Made by a program: the position numbers and the translations under genes. The notes beneath the pieces are model-generated. The model saw only the letters and a list, made by a program, of their open reading frames with translations, had not been told where the DNA came from and ran no database searches. DNA of 55,876 nt from a bacterium (GTDB lineage: Bacteria > SAR324 > NAC60-12): assembly GCA_965233585.1 (NCBI GenBank), contig CBDDTI010000581.1:1-55876 (forward strand), read 5' to 3'. The number at the start of each line of letters is the position of its first letter. Position 1 is the first letter of the stretch. This document shows positions 22,700 to 32,796 of the stretch, one piece after another.

Positions 22700-23923
22700 A
22701 ATTTACTTTTTATATAAGGCGACATTTCTTTAAGCGTCTTTGCTTTTTGCTTCGGGTAGTCGTTTTGGCTTAAAATAACACGTGTCCTGAATGTAGCGTA
22801 TTTGAGATTAAAAAAAGATGGTCTCAGGACACTTGTTGAAAAATGTTTTTTGTTGTCAAGTCGTCATACATTGTCGTTTTGTCCTCATCAGACTTGAGCC
22901 TTTAGCATCCCAGTCGTCTTGTATGCTATTCATAGTGGATAATCATGTGTGACCTTATATTTTAAGATGGACGGTGTGCTTTCTATCACAACCCCTTCGT
23001 TCCCCGCCCAAAAAACTAACTTTTGTATCTATGTAAAACCAAGACAAGAGAAAATCCAATTTCCTCCAAACAAATAACACATAACCTTTTTGAATCCTCG
23101 AGGAGGTCAACACTCCGCTCCTCCGCACGTTTTCTGACAGGGTGAATGCAAGCGACTGGATGCATGTATATCATCATGGTATAGGTAAATAGATGTATTG
23201 TTGTGTGAAATTACGTACTGTAAAATAGCTATAACATTGTATATGTGGTCTTTGTGTGAAACCCCCATCTCCACTTCAAACTTAAAAGTTCTATCTCAAT
23301 CCTTCTCCACTTCTACCCTTCAGAGTTCTCGCAACACACCTTTTGGATCCTTTTGGAAATCAGAGCCGATGATGACTTCATGACCTCAGATGGGCTTGTG
23401 GGATATTGAGTTGCGCTTTGAAAATGGGAGACCAAAAACATAAAATGAAGAGTTCTCGTTGTGTATGGTTGTGTTTGTCATCCTTGTCAAGTGCTGGTTG
23501 TCTCAATGTATCGGTTCAAAAACTGTCCACAGCGAAGCCAAACACCCTTTTTCCATCCTACGAAGGTCTCTGAATGTGTTGATGCCCTGTTCATTTGGCA
23601 ACGCAACACCGGCAAATCAAAAAGGGTGAACATGGCATCACTGTCTTCGGCTTTGTCAGGACACTTCTTATGCAACATTGACTTCAGAGCACCACACCGC
23701 TTTTTTGCCCCAGTCAGAAAGTCATTCAGTGACGAGGTCAATCAAGCATTCGGCACGGTTGGTCAGAACATCCCGCTGCTCCTGCAGGAAAAGTCAAGTT
23801 TCCATACGGCACTCGGGGAAAGTTGAAGTTTGGGAAAAATGAAGTTTCCCAGTGGGAAAATTCTTGAAGTTCATGGGAAAATGGGGTGGGAAGCGCTCCA
23901 CTCCAACCCTGTCCTCAAGGTGC

Positions 23924-26168
23924 TTAGTCGACATCATCACCAAGCCAAGTTAGGAGTTGTTGCAAGCCGCCTAACATGTCTCTTGCTGCCTCCTGCCACT
24001 ACTTGAGCTACTCGTGCATCCACAATGGGACTGTTGCAATTTGGAGCAAGAAGAACGCCAATTACTGATTTTACCGGCGATTCCGCGTTCTGCACCGTGT
24101 GCTTCACTGCGTTCACATTCTGGGCAAAATTTGAAGCCTTTTTCTTGCAGGTTTCTGCGTTCGTAGCTCCAGTCACATCCAAGAGCACCTGCCAAGTTAC
24201 AAAACATACAAACACATGCAAACAAAGACTGAAATGACGGAATACTGTTTGTTTGCAACACATTCAGCCTTCCAACTGAGCTCAGGACTAATTCATCTGC
24301 TTCGGTCTTGAACCAAATGTCGAAGCCTTTGTGCGTGCCAGCCGTGCCACCTTCTGAAAGCGCGTGATACATGACACCATCCTTTATGCAGCGGATACCA
24401 TCAATGCAGGGGTCTCCCTTCTTTGTGAAGACTCTTGCGTTCTTCCCATCGACTTGTTGCAATCCGTCTCGTATTTCCTTGCATTGAAACTTATATGTGC
24501 GAGGCTTGCTCTCAAATTTAAAGTCGTTCTGTTCCTTAGCCGCTTTGCAGGCAAGAGCCCACAAATAAGCTCGCTCTAAAAGCATACCGTCACACCAACT
24601 CCCAGATTCCATCAGAGATGAGCAGAATACTTCTTGGGCTTTCCTAAAGACTGACGAGGCTTTATCCCTGGCATCTCCAACTGCCATCAGCGTCTCCAGC
24701 GAAAGAGTCAGCTTCCGGTTGTCCAACGAGATCACTCCCGCATACCTTCTGTCCTCTGCCCGGGCATCTTTTATGCCCAACAACAAGTCCACTGCTCCTG
24801 AGACCTGTTCATCTAGATCTGGCAAAGCGACGCTAAAACTTCCAAGAGCTCCAATGAGCTTGCTCTCCAGGTTTCCCTCTTTGTCAAGCTGGTCCTGGAT
24901 GTTTCTGAAAGTTCTGCGCAGGTCGCTCTTCTCATCCTGCGGAATGTGGAGCTGGTCAAGACCAATGTGCACAAGGAAAAGGCTTAGCTTGACTCGCAAA
25001 GTTGCGAGCAATCGTTCTTCCTTGCCACCCCAGCCTTCGGCAGGAAGTTTGATTTTCGGCAATCCTGCTGCCGTGGCAGGTGCAGCATCTGAAGCGTCCC
25101 TGGTCAACAAGGGGCTCACATCTACTAGCATCATGGCAATTGGAAAGCGGCAAACCTGCGACGAACCCTGTGCGGCTAGATCCGGCGGTTCGAGGTAGGT
25201 GGCAATCACCTTACACATCTGTGGAAGTGAGCCAGCCAAAAGCAGCGCTCCTCGCCTGAATTCAGGAGATGTGCTCATGGAGCGGTGCTCGTCGATGTGG
25301 AGGAGAAGGCGGTTGCTGGCGTTTCTCTGCAAGAACTTGTCAACCTCCTCTGCAAATTTTGCAACTGTGGTTCGCAAGTCTGGCAGTGGACTGGGCAGCT
25401 GCCATTCAGTGCCAAGATACTCTCCATTCATCTGCCTCCTGAAGCAGTGGAGCATGAAGTCAGCACCAGCCCGCTCCAGTTCATCGGTCTCCAAGCTACG
25501 CGGCGCTGGGCTGTGACCTCGTGCAAACATGAAACACATGAACATCCCGACAGAAAGTGGACAAAGGAAAGCAAAAGGAAGCACACTTCCAATTAAAATG
25601 CAGGCTGGTTGCAATTCCAATCGTTATTGGCAAATGGCATGTAGAGGTAGTGGGTGAAACAATGCTGGCTCCCCAGTTCCACACTTCGACAGAATATCGG
25701 CAGGATGGCAGCAGACTTGCCACGCATGGTTGGAGCTGAAAGGTAAGCCACTCGGTCTCTACGTTTGTTCGCATGTTCCAAGCGGCTGACTGCGACATTT
25801 AACTCTTTACCTCTACACAAATAGGGTTGTGAGTAGAGCTTGCTGACTCCATCTGTGCCTTCTCTCACTGGTAGGGATGCTTCATAACTCTCGCATGTCT
25901 CCAGCAGCGGGATGTTTGCCGTTTTCATATTGGTCTCAAAGGCATCCTTTGTCCTCTGAGCCAAGCAATCAGTGCCACCAGGTACTTCGTTCCACCAGTT
26001 TGACGGGCGACAGCAACCGGTGGTTTTGCCCGTACCAAACCCCCGTTTCCACGGGTCAAGACCAGCAAAACCCTGCGATGAGCAAATAAAGTTGCACGCA
26101 ATCCAAAGCAGTAAGGCTCTCACAAGAAGGCATGACTGCCGACGCAATGGAACTTGACGACCCCCCAT
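23924..26168 (-). CDS. Intron-containing Crinkler/RHS-like P-loop NTPase + restriction-endonuclease-fold protein (this copy frameshifted near the C-terminus)
   Basis: Hydrophobic N-terminal leader; Walker A-like YLSAPTMRGKS; Walker B LLLHIDEH. A GT-AG intron at 24189-24288 restores GFDIWFKTEADEL|VLLDVTG; a second intron is likely at about 25520-25605. Family assignment is inference. Confidence 0.65.
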
Positions 26169-26384
26169 GGCACAGTCTGAACTTGAAACAGAATTAGTGC
26201 TACTTTGCTGCCGAACTTGAGCGCAGAGCCGGTTCCATGTCTTCTGTTTTTGATTTGCTCTTGCGCTGCTCGTTTCAACACTAGTTGTCTTGGCACAAAT
26301 TCAGAATATCCGGGCCGCCCGACATTTGAAGCGAGAAGTCGAAGACCACAAAGCCGGTGTTGAGTAGAGAAATATCCAAGACAA

Positions 26385-26726
26385 AACCATTTTCGAAAAA
26401 ACACAACAGTAACAACAAACCTCCCCCTCATCTGAAACCTAACACTGAAGTGAAAGTTCGGGCAAAAAAGTCCCCAAATCCCCATAGGAAAAAAACATCA
26501 AAGGTAAAAATGAAACATTGAACAACAACATAAAATCATAACACCCTCAACAAAACCTACCCTCATTCAATCCAAACATTATTACAACAACCTCAACAAA
26601 ACATTTAGCAAGATAATCAAAAAGAACAGTCAAACATTTCAGATTACAAGATTGAACAAAAACATAATAGCCTCCCACCTAACCTCCAACCTGTCCTGTC
26701 CTAGTTTCCCCCTTTCCCCATTTTTT
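26385..26726. repeat. Right terminal inverted repeat of the PLV (with ~140 bp extra segment)
   Basis: Inverted homology to 2273-2468; 26550-26690 has no counterpart on the left. Confidence 0.82.
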
Positions 26727-27162
26727 TCCCATGCTTCCCGCCTTGGCAGTCTAAATGCCCACCACAATTGCAGAGCTTCACGGCAGGGGTCTCATTCAGT
26801 AGCGAGTGGCCTGCACAAAACCATTTTGGATCGCAACAAAGCATGATTTTTATGGAATCGAAGGGATATTAGCCGCAAAAATTAGGATAAAATATGACAG
26901 AATGTTGTGACTACATGCACTGGGATATAATAAAAATTAACCAACAAAAGTTGTGGCATGGGTCAAAGTTGAAGGTCAAACCAAAAAATGATGGATCACC
27001 CAAGTTTCAATAGATCAATGTTTGTAAATTACTCGACATGTGGCTCTAGGTGGAACATGTGAGCAGTGTTCAAAAACCTCTGTCGTGCCCAAATTTTCTT
27101 CTTGGTAACCGGATTCCCCTGATGGATTGTGATATTCCCCATAAGAATACATACATACATAC

Positions 27163-27334
27163 AGTTTCGATGCCAGAAACAAATCCCGCAACTCCGCAAT
27201 TATTTTGGCACAAATGCGGGAGAATTCGATCTCTCTTCCACTACCACTCCTTGTGGGCAAACTAACTTCTGTCGATCTCAAAATTCCACACTTAGATCTT
27301 AACACTGAATGGTTGGAACATGTGCTTATATCTC
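27163..27334. repeat. Split direct repeat B2
   Basis: Matches 28149-28319 except for one A indel seen. Confidence 0.95.
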
Positions 27335-28016
27335 TCAGGAGGAGTGGAAGCAGATGTGAAACTTCTGAGGGCAGCTGAGAAGGTTTGGCCTGAGGAAATC
27401 AGATGTGGCCGCAAGTTCGTCGAAGATCAAGGCAAGAATGAGGAAATGACAAGTTGCCCGCAATGCAACTGTGCTAATATTAAAAGGTTATTATCAGTCG
27501 CAGATTCAATGGACAGCGGTCCCTTTGCAATTTGCAACTTGAGTCTGCGGCTCGGCGGTCGTGTAGCCTTGAGGGAAAACTGCGGTTTCCTGGTCTAAAC
27601 TTTGATTCCCGTGTTGGATTCGTAGTTTTTTTCTTTTTTTTTAAGGTGCTGCGGCACCATGTCTCCTTCTGAACCAGCTGACAGCATTCAATGTTTGATT
27701 TTGATAACATATGTGGCCGTCTGCTGTCAACATTTAAGCGTCCTGCTTGCGATATGTGCTGCGGCACAATGTGTATTGGAAGAAAACTTCAAGATAGTCA
27801 CCTGAGTGGCAGGGGAGTGTGTAACCAAAATCGTATCGCCGGATATAAGTCGTGATTGTATTTAATTACCTCCATGCGTGGAGTGATATGATCATGTGCT
27901 GCGGCACTCTGCCCGGTCCCCCAAAAAAATCCAAGCCTGGATTGATTTTTTTCCACCGGTGTTGAGCAAAGGCCTAGCATGGCGCAAAGGGTAAAATGGG
28001 ACTGAGGTTGGGGGGG

Positions 28017-28319
28017 AAAAATTAAAATGCTGCGACCGGCCGCGGTCTCCAAAATGTGATTTGTTTCGCTCAGAGCCACAATTCATCCGTGATGTTCTGC
28101 ATCCAAAACTCTCCCTGTCGCCTAACCTGACCAAACCTGACAGGTCCAAGTTTCGATGCCAGAAACAAATCCCGCAACTCCGCAATTATTTTGGCACAAA
28201 TGCGGGAGAATTCGATCTCTCTTCCACTACCACTCCTTGTGGGCAAACTAACTTCTGTCGATCTCAAATTCCACACTTAGATCTTAACACTGAATGGTTG
28301 GAACATGTGCTTATATCTC
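28017..28319. repeat. Internal A2+B1 junction repeat
   Basis: 28017-28149 matches 34983-35115 and 28149-28319 matches 27163-27334; they share the single A at 28149. Confidence 0.95.
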
Positions 28320-31295
28320 CCACCGCGTTGCACGTGTCCAACCCCGAAACCCCTCGGCGCCTTGGGTGGACAGCATGGGCCAGCAGATGTCGGCCAGCGT
28401 GACCACAATACGGGCGTTTCTGAGATTTTGTAAAATATCGAATTGATTTCGGCTGAGAGAATCTGCAATGACATTATCTTCAGAACTCACACGGTCAAGG
28501 GAAACATGAAGGTGATGACGGTGGAGATGCCACGTCAACAGTTTAGTGAACTCACTCAAAGGAAATGAAGTGGTGAAGAGCTTGTTGCCAGCTGCTAGCG
28601 AGGCATTATTGTCACTCAATGGGGCCAACTTCAGCGGAAGCCGCAAATGTCCCAGAATGCTAGCTATCAAATGCACCAACACTATTTGCGCCAACATCTC
28701 CCAGGAAGCTATGAGGGATTGAGCTGTTCGCCCTGCCACCCAATCCTGAATTGGAAAATCAGAAATATCAAAATGAAGCGCTGTCCAAAAAATCTGGGAA
28801 CTCACTGGATGCTGAAACCAAGCGCCAATGCCCACGGCCATCGCATCTGCTGCCATCGGGAACGTGGCCGTTGACGGCAGCCGAAGGTTGACCCGCAACG
28901 GGCTATGGGAAATGGCTTGCTGCAGGAAAACCACAAGCTGATGAGATCTGTCCGAGAGCTTGACCCGTTTGGAGCGCACATCAAACATCAAAATCCAGCC
29001 TGCTGTAAAGGTCCGCAAGGCGTGCAACGCTTGGGTTTTTGTTGTCACTGCAAATTGGCCCAGCTTCAGAATGCGGCAGCCCACCGAAAAGGGCGGCATG
29101 TTTACGCCAAGCGTCAAAGAGTCATCGCTGGTGACCTTTGCCAGAAAGCTTTCGACCTGCGCGCGGGTCATCCACCTTGGGGTGAGGCCACCATGTGACA
29201 AGTCCTGATATAACACGGATAGACATGGCCTGAAATAAATATAACACTGGTTCCATTGCAACAAGCCAACAAGGCGCTCCACTGTCCTTCGCAAAAGCTG
29301 TGGCCTGCGACATTCTACCAACAGTGTCTGAAGCTTGGCAAACTTGGCTGGTGGCAAAGATAAAGTCATGCTGACCAGGTCCCAATCCCAACCGAGCCAG
29401 GTAGGATGGAGTGAGGGCTTGGTTTTATGCCAGCTGATAGGAACTTTGCAAACTTGCAAATAAACTGTGGCCAAGTAAGCTTGAATGCATGCCCATTCCT
29501 GTTTGAAGAGGAAAAAGAAATCGTCGACATATATAAATGATCTGTGGTACACAAACAGGAGAATATGGATGTGTCTTTGAATCATGGCAGAAGCACGGCT
29601 CCACCAGTATGCAGAATATGTGGCGCCGAAATGGCACGTCTTGTACCGGTATGCTTTGCCTTGCCAGGTGAAGGCCGCAAGTCCTCTTTCACTGGGCTTC
29701 ACTTTGATGCATTTGTGGGCAGCTCGAATGTCCACCAGGAAACCCAGATATTGTTGCCGTTCCGGCTGCGCGCTAAAGGTCTCACGGACATCAGCCACAG
29801 TTGGGTAGAAAACCATCTCTTGGATGCTAGTGCGGGGGTTTACCCCGCTGATGGTGGTGTCTAAAACCAGACGGGGCTTGCGATTGTCGCTAAAAGCGAC
29901 GCCTAGCTTTCCAAACACAAGTTTTTGTCGCATTTCCGGGTCCAGGTCAGTGGTGAAGCCCAAGCATTCCACAAATTGGTCGTCCAGCTCCTGTTGAATA
30001 AGTTGCGCCACTATGTCGGGGTGATCTGTAGCTGACCCCCAATTGTCAAAATGAGACACCAGCTGTGAAGCCAAATCCACTGATGGTACATGTTGGATCC
30101 AAACCTGGCTTGGTGGAATGCTAGCCTGGACGCCAGTAGACACCCCATCCCGCAGCAAGGAAGGGAGCACTGCATCAACGTCCCTGGTGATCTGATTAAA
30201 TGCAGAGAAGAACTCCAATCGAAAGGGTTGATCCTGGACAACCTCCGTGCTTGGGTCAATGTTGAAATCGTGAGCAAAACGTTGAAAAATTGAAGAAAGG
30301 TCAGCTACTTCTTCTGCCGAAAGCAAGGTTTCAAAATTGGTTGGCCTGGAAATTGAAATTCTTGGTAAAATCTTGTTGCGGAGACCATATAAAAGCCATG
30401 CCCGCCGCAGGTCAGCCAAGTAGTCTGGAGCATGTGGAACTGTCCAATCGCCTGTGCTATCGACACCCCCACCATCAGCCACCATAAATTTTTTGTCGCT
30501 TGCTTTGGACGGGAACGGGAGGCGCAGCGGAAGTTCTTGCATGGCCACGCCCCATGGCGTAAGCACTGGTCCCTCTTCATGTTGAGCAAACAAAGGCCGC
30601 AAGGCCAAGGCGATTTCCAAACATAGATGTTCAGGAAAGCTAACGGATCCTGAACGGGGGTGCCGCTGAACTTGTATCGGTGGGTGCATCTCATGATGAA
30701 GGCATTGGGATTGCGTTTCAAGGAGCAAAGAACAGGTCGTGGCAACTTGCCATGATTGAACAGTAGCTTGGCCCAGCGGCACGTATTGACACTGTGCAAC
30801 TGAAATCATGTGGTGCGGGATTCGGTGGAGCCATTCGTGGAGCAACGGCTGTTGCCACGATATTGCATTGGACGGCTGTGCAAATGCCACATGCGCTCCG
30901 TTAAGAAATGCCAATTCCATCAGGGATAAAGTTCCTTGCAAAATGCTGAAACTCTCTTGATCTGGAAGGCATGGAGGTGCAACCCACATGAAAGCGAGCA
31001 AACCTGATGTTACCAGCTTTGTCAAAGCATGGAAAGTATCGCTGTCCAGGAGGTCATGAATTCTGTCTCCTAAAGAGGTGTCCAACGGTTGTAGACACTG
31101 ACATCGGAGGGATGCCACCGCTGTTGTGACTGGGTGCAGGGCACCAGAAAAAAACTCAAGGAAAAATTTGTGGCCTGGCAGTGGGGCTGGAAGCTCTCGC
31201 AAATTGCTTTGATAGGATTCGCGGTCATTGCTGGACCCACGGCACTGGCGTTCGTGAAACGAATCGCCTGACGAAGCAGACTCACTATCAGACAC
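28311..31295 (-). CDS. Reverse transcriptase-RNase H polyprotein with N-terminal degenerate C5-methyltransferase-like domain
   Basis: RT: KPRLVLD, LVDIRAAH, HFG, IYVDDFF, WLG. RNase H: AADA, WEMLA, SDN, ADSLSR. N-terminus: FLEFFSG, WVAPPC, FAQP, QCQY. Confidence 0.9.
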   Translation of the reverse strand: MSDSESASSGDSFHERQCRGSSNDRESYQSNLRELPAPLPGHKFFLEFFSGALHPVTTAVASLRCQCLQPLDTSLGDRIHDLLDSDTFHALTKLVTSGLLAFMWVAPPCLPDQESFSILQGTLSLMELAFLNGAHVAFAQPSNAISWQQPLLHEWLHRIPHHMISVAQCQYVPLGQATVQSWQVATTCSLLLETQSQCLHHEMHPPIQVQRHPRSGSVSFPEHLCLEIALALRPLFAQHEEGPVLTPWGVAMQELPLRLPFPSKASDKKFMVADGGGVDSTGDWTVPHAPDYLADLRRAWLLYGLRNKILPRISISRPTNFETLLSAEEVADLSSIFQRFAHDFNIDPSTEVVQDQPFRLEFFSAFNQITRDVDAVLPSLLRDGVSTGVQASIPPSQVWIQHVPSVDLASQLVSHFDNWGSATDHPDIVAQLIQQELDDQFVECLGFTTDLDPEMRQKLVFGKLGVAFSDNRKPRLVLDTTISGVNPRTSIQEMVFYPTVADVRETFSAQPERQQYLGFLVDIRAAHKCIKVKPSERGLAAFTWQGKAYRYKTCHFGATYSAYWWSRASAMIQRHIHILLFVYHRSFIYVDDFFFLFKQEWACIQAYLATVYLQVCKVPISWHKTKPSLHPTWLGWDWDLVSMTLSLPPAKFAKLQTLLVECRRPQLLRRTVERLVGLLQWNQCYIYFRPCLSVLYQDLSHGGLTPRWMTRAQVESFLAKVTSDDSLTLGVNMPPFSVGCRILKLGQFAVTTKTQALHALRTFTAGWILMFDVRSKRVKLSDRSHQLVVFLQQAISHSPLRVNLRLPSTATFPMAADAMAVGIGAWFQHPVSSQIFWTALHFDISDFPIQDWVAGRTAQSLIASWEMLAQIVLVHLIASILGHLRLPLKLAPLSDNNASLAAGNKLFTTSFPLSEFTKLLTWHLHRHHLHVSLDRVSSEDNVIADSLSRNQFDILQNLRNARIVVTLADICWPMLSTQGAEGFRGWTRATRWEI

Positions 31296-31331
31296 TGGGT
31301 CTGCAGCTGGCTCGTCAGGTACACGCCCGGG

Positions 31332-32639
31332 TCAAGCGTGCATAACTGGATGCTCTGAAGCTTTGTGGGGCAAATTGCAAGGACTGCCTGATGGCAGCAA
31401 GATCGGGCATCTGTGTAAGAATTTGCATTTTGGGAAATTGCACCCGGTAGTATGGAACCGTTTGCAAACTTCTTGCGAAGCACCGTCAGGGGTAATCAAA
31501 GTCTTAGCCCAGTGGTCAGGCCAAGCAGGTGCTTTCGCAGAGTCAGCTTTTCCGCCTTTGCCCTTCGTTTTGCCCTTACCAGCTGGTTTGTCATAGGGGT
31601 TCGGCCGCCAGGCCAGCTTCCCCTTGGATTTGCCACCCTTGGAAATTGAGAGGGCACGTGGCCGAGGCATGAACAAGGTTGGGATGTCGGAGCGGACTCG
31701 GCTCACTTCAAGGAGCGCTTGGTTGAGCTCCCATTGCTCAGCATTGACTAAATGAAAAATCGTTTCCCAAAGTTTCCGGTCACATTGCAAAAACTCCTGC
31801 AGGCTGGGTGGTCGCAGGCCACTCGATTCAGAGTATGTCTTTGTATAATGGTCCATGACCTTGGAATCAATTTCTTTCCATGCGCCTAGGTGCGCAATAC
31901 CTACAAGCACGTAAGCATTGCGGCGCACTTCCAAAACCCGAGACAAAAAGAAGGGGTTGCCTTGGATATCATCGAGTTCAGGGACATCTTCCACTAACGC
32001 TGAAGCAAGCAAAGCTGAGCCAGGCTTGAAGGTCTTGGAGACCTTGGCCTCCTGAGCTCGGTTCCAATTTTCTTCAGAAACCAAAGACTTCCACGGAAGC
32101 CATTCCAAGCAATTCCCCGGCTTCGTTTGGTGCACGACTTGTGACAATAAGCGCAAGCATGGTGTGTTAGAAGCCGTCAATAGCTCACCCGGATAATGCT
32201 GTCGGAATTTGGATTTCAACTGAAGGACATGTTCTGCACTGAGCTTTGGAGGTGGCAAATCTGTCCAGGCTAAACGACTTTCCAAGCTAGGGGTTTCCGA
32301 GGCCGATGGTGCTGGAGCCAAAGAAGGATTGTGAATTTGATGGAAACTATGATGCCAAAGAGCACGAATTGCCCCTGCTTGAGGTGAAATCAAGCAGGCT
32401 TCTTCGTCTTCTGGCATCCCATCGTCGGCTAGCCATTCCAAAATCTTGGTATCTAGGGCTGCCGGTGTTGAGAAGCTAAAAGCGAAAAGAGATGGTGTGG
32501 TGTATCCATGACCCGTTATTCTGTCTACCACTGCTTCTGGGACTCCACATTGGATGGCCAACTCTTTTAGATCATCCATTGGGAGCTGGGATCGGCAAGT
32601 GCAAACCCTTCTGTCACAAAAGGAATCTGAGCCGCGCAA
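31332..32639 (-). CDS. Gag-like protein with C-terminal Cys/His zinc finger
   Basis: CKRFHTTGCNFPKCKFLHRC...C...H after a KGK-rich linker; directly precedes the RT ORF. Confidence 0.78.
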   Translation of the reverse strand: MRGSDSFCDRRVCTCRSQLPMDDLKELAIQCGVPEAVVDRITGHGYTTPSLFAFSFSTPAALDTKILEWLADDGMPEDEEACLISPQAGAIRALWHHSFHQIHNPSLAPAPSASETPSLESRLAWTDLPPPKLSAEHVLQLKSKFRQHYPGELLTASNTPCLRLLSQVVHQTKPGNCLEWLPWKSLVSEENWNRAQEAKVSKTFKPGSALLASALVEDVPELDDIQGNPFFLSRVLEVRRNAYVLVGIAHLGAWKEIDSKVMDHYTKTYSESSGLRPPSLQEFLQCDRKLWETIFHLVNAEQWELNQALLEVSRVRSDIPTLFMPRPRALSISKGGKSKGKLAWRPNPYDKPAGKGKTKGKGGKADSAKAPAWPDHWAKTLITPDGASQEVCKRFHTTGCNFPKCKFLHRCPILLPSGSPCNLPHKASEHPVMHA

Positions 32640-32796
32640 GGCAATGACAGCAATTAAGCTAAGCTCAGTTTGAGGCAGGGATCAGCTTGCAGTTGAATCA
32701 ATTTACTTGTGTCGCTGCTGCAAGTCTATATCAGAATGCAACGCCTTTTTTTTCTGCTTCCGCATAGTTAACGTGGACGTTCCGAAGCACATTAAG

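Larger units (their letters stand above)
2273..26726. mobile_element. Endogenous Polinton/Maverick-like virus (PLV), full length but degenerate
   Basis: Contains integrase, MCP, mCP, packaging ATPase and pPolB in AT-rich, intronless, tightly packed ORFs. Ends AAAAAAAATGGTAAAAGGGGGATGCTAGGACA / TGTCCTAGTTTCCCCCTTTCCCCATTTTTT are inverted homologues, flanked by TCCCAT at 2267-2272 and 26727-26732. Confidence 0.93.

Noticed and set aside
23100..23900. Small ORFs downstream of the NTPase-nuclease gene
   Set aside because: No motifs; their presence in both copies only reflects the recent duplication.
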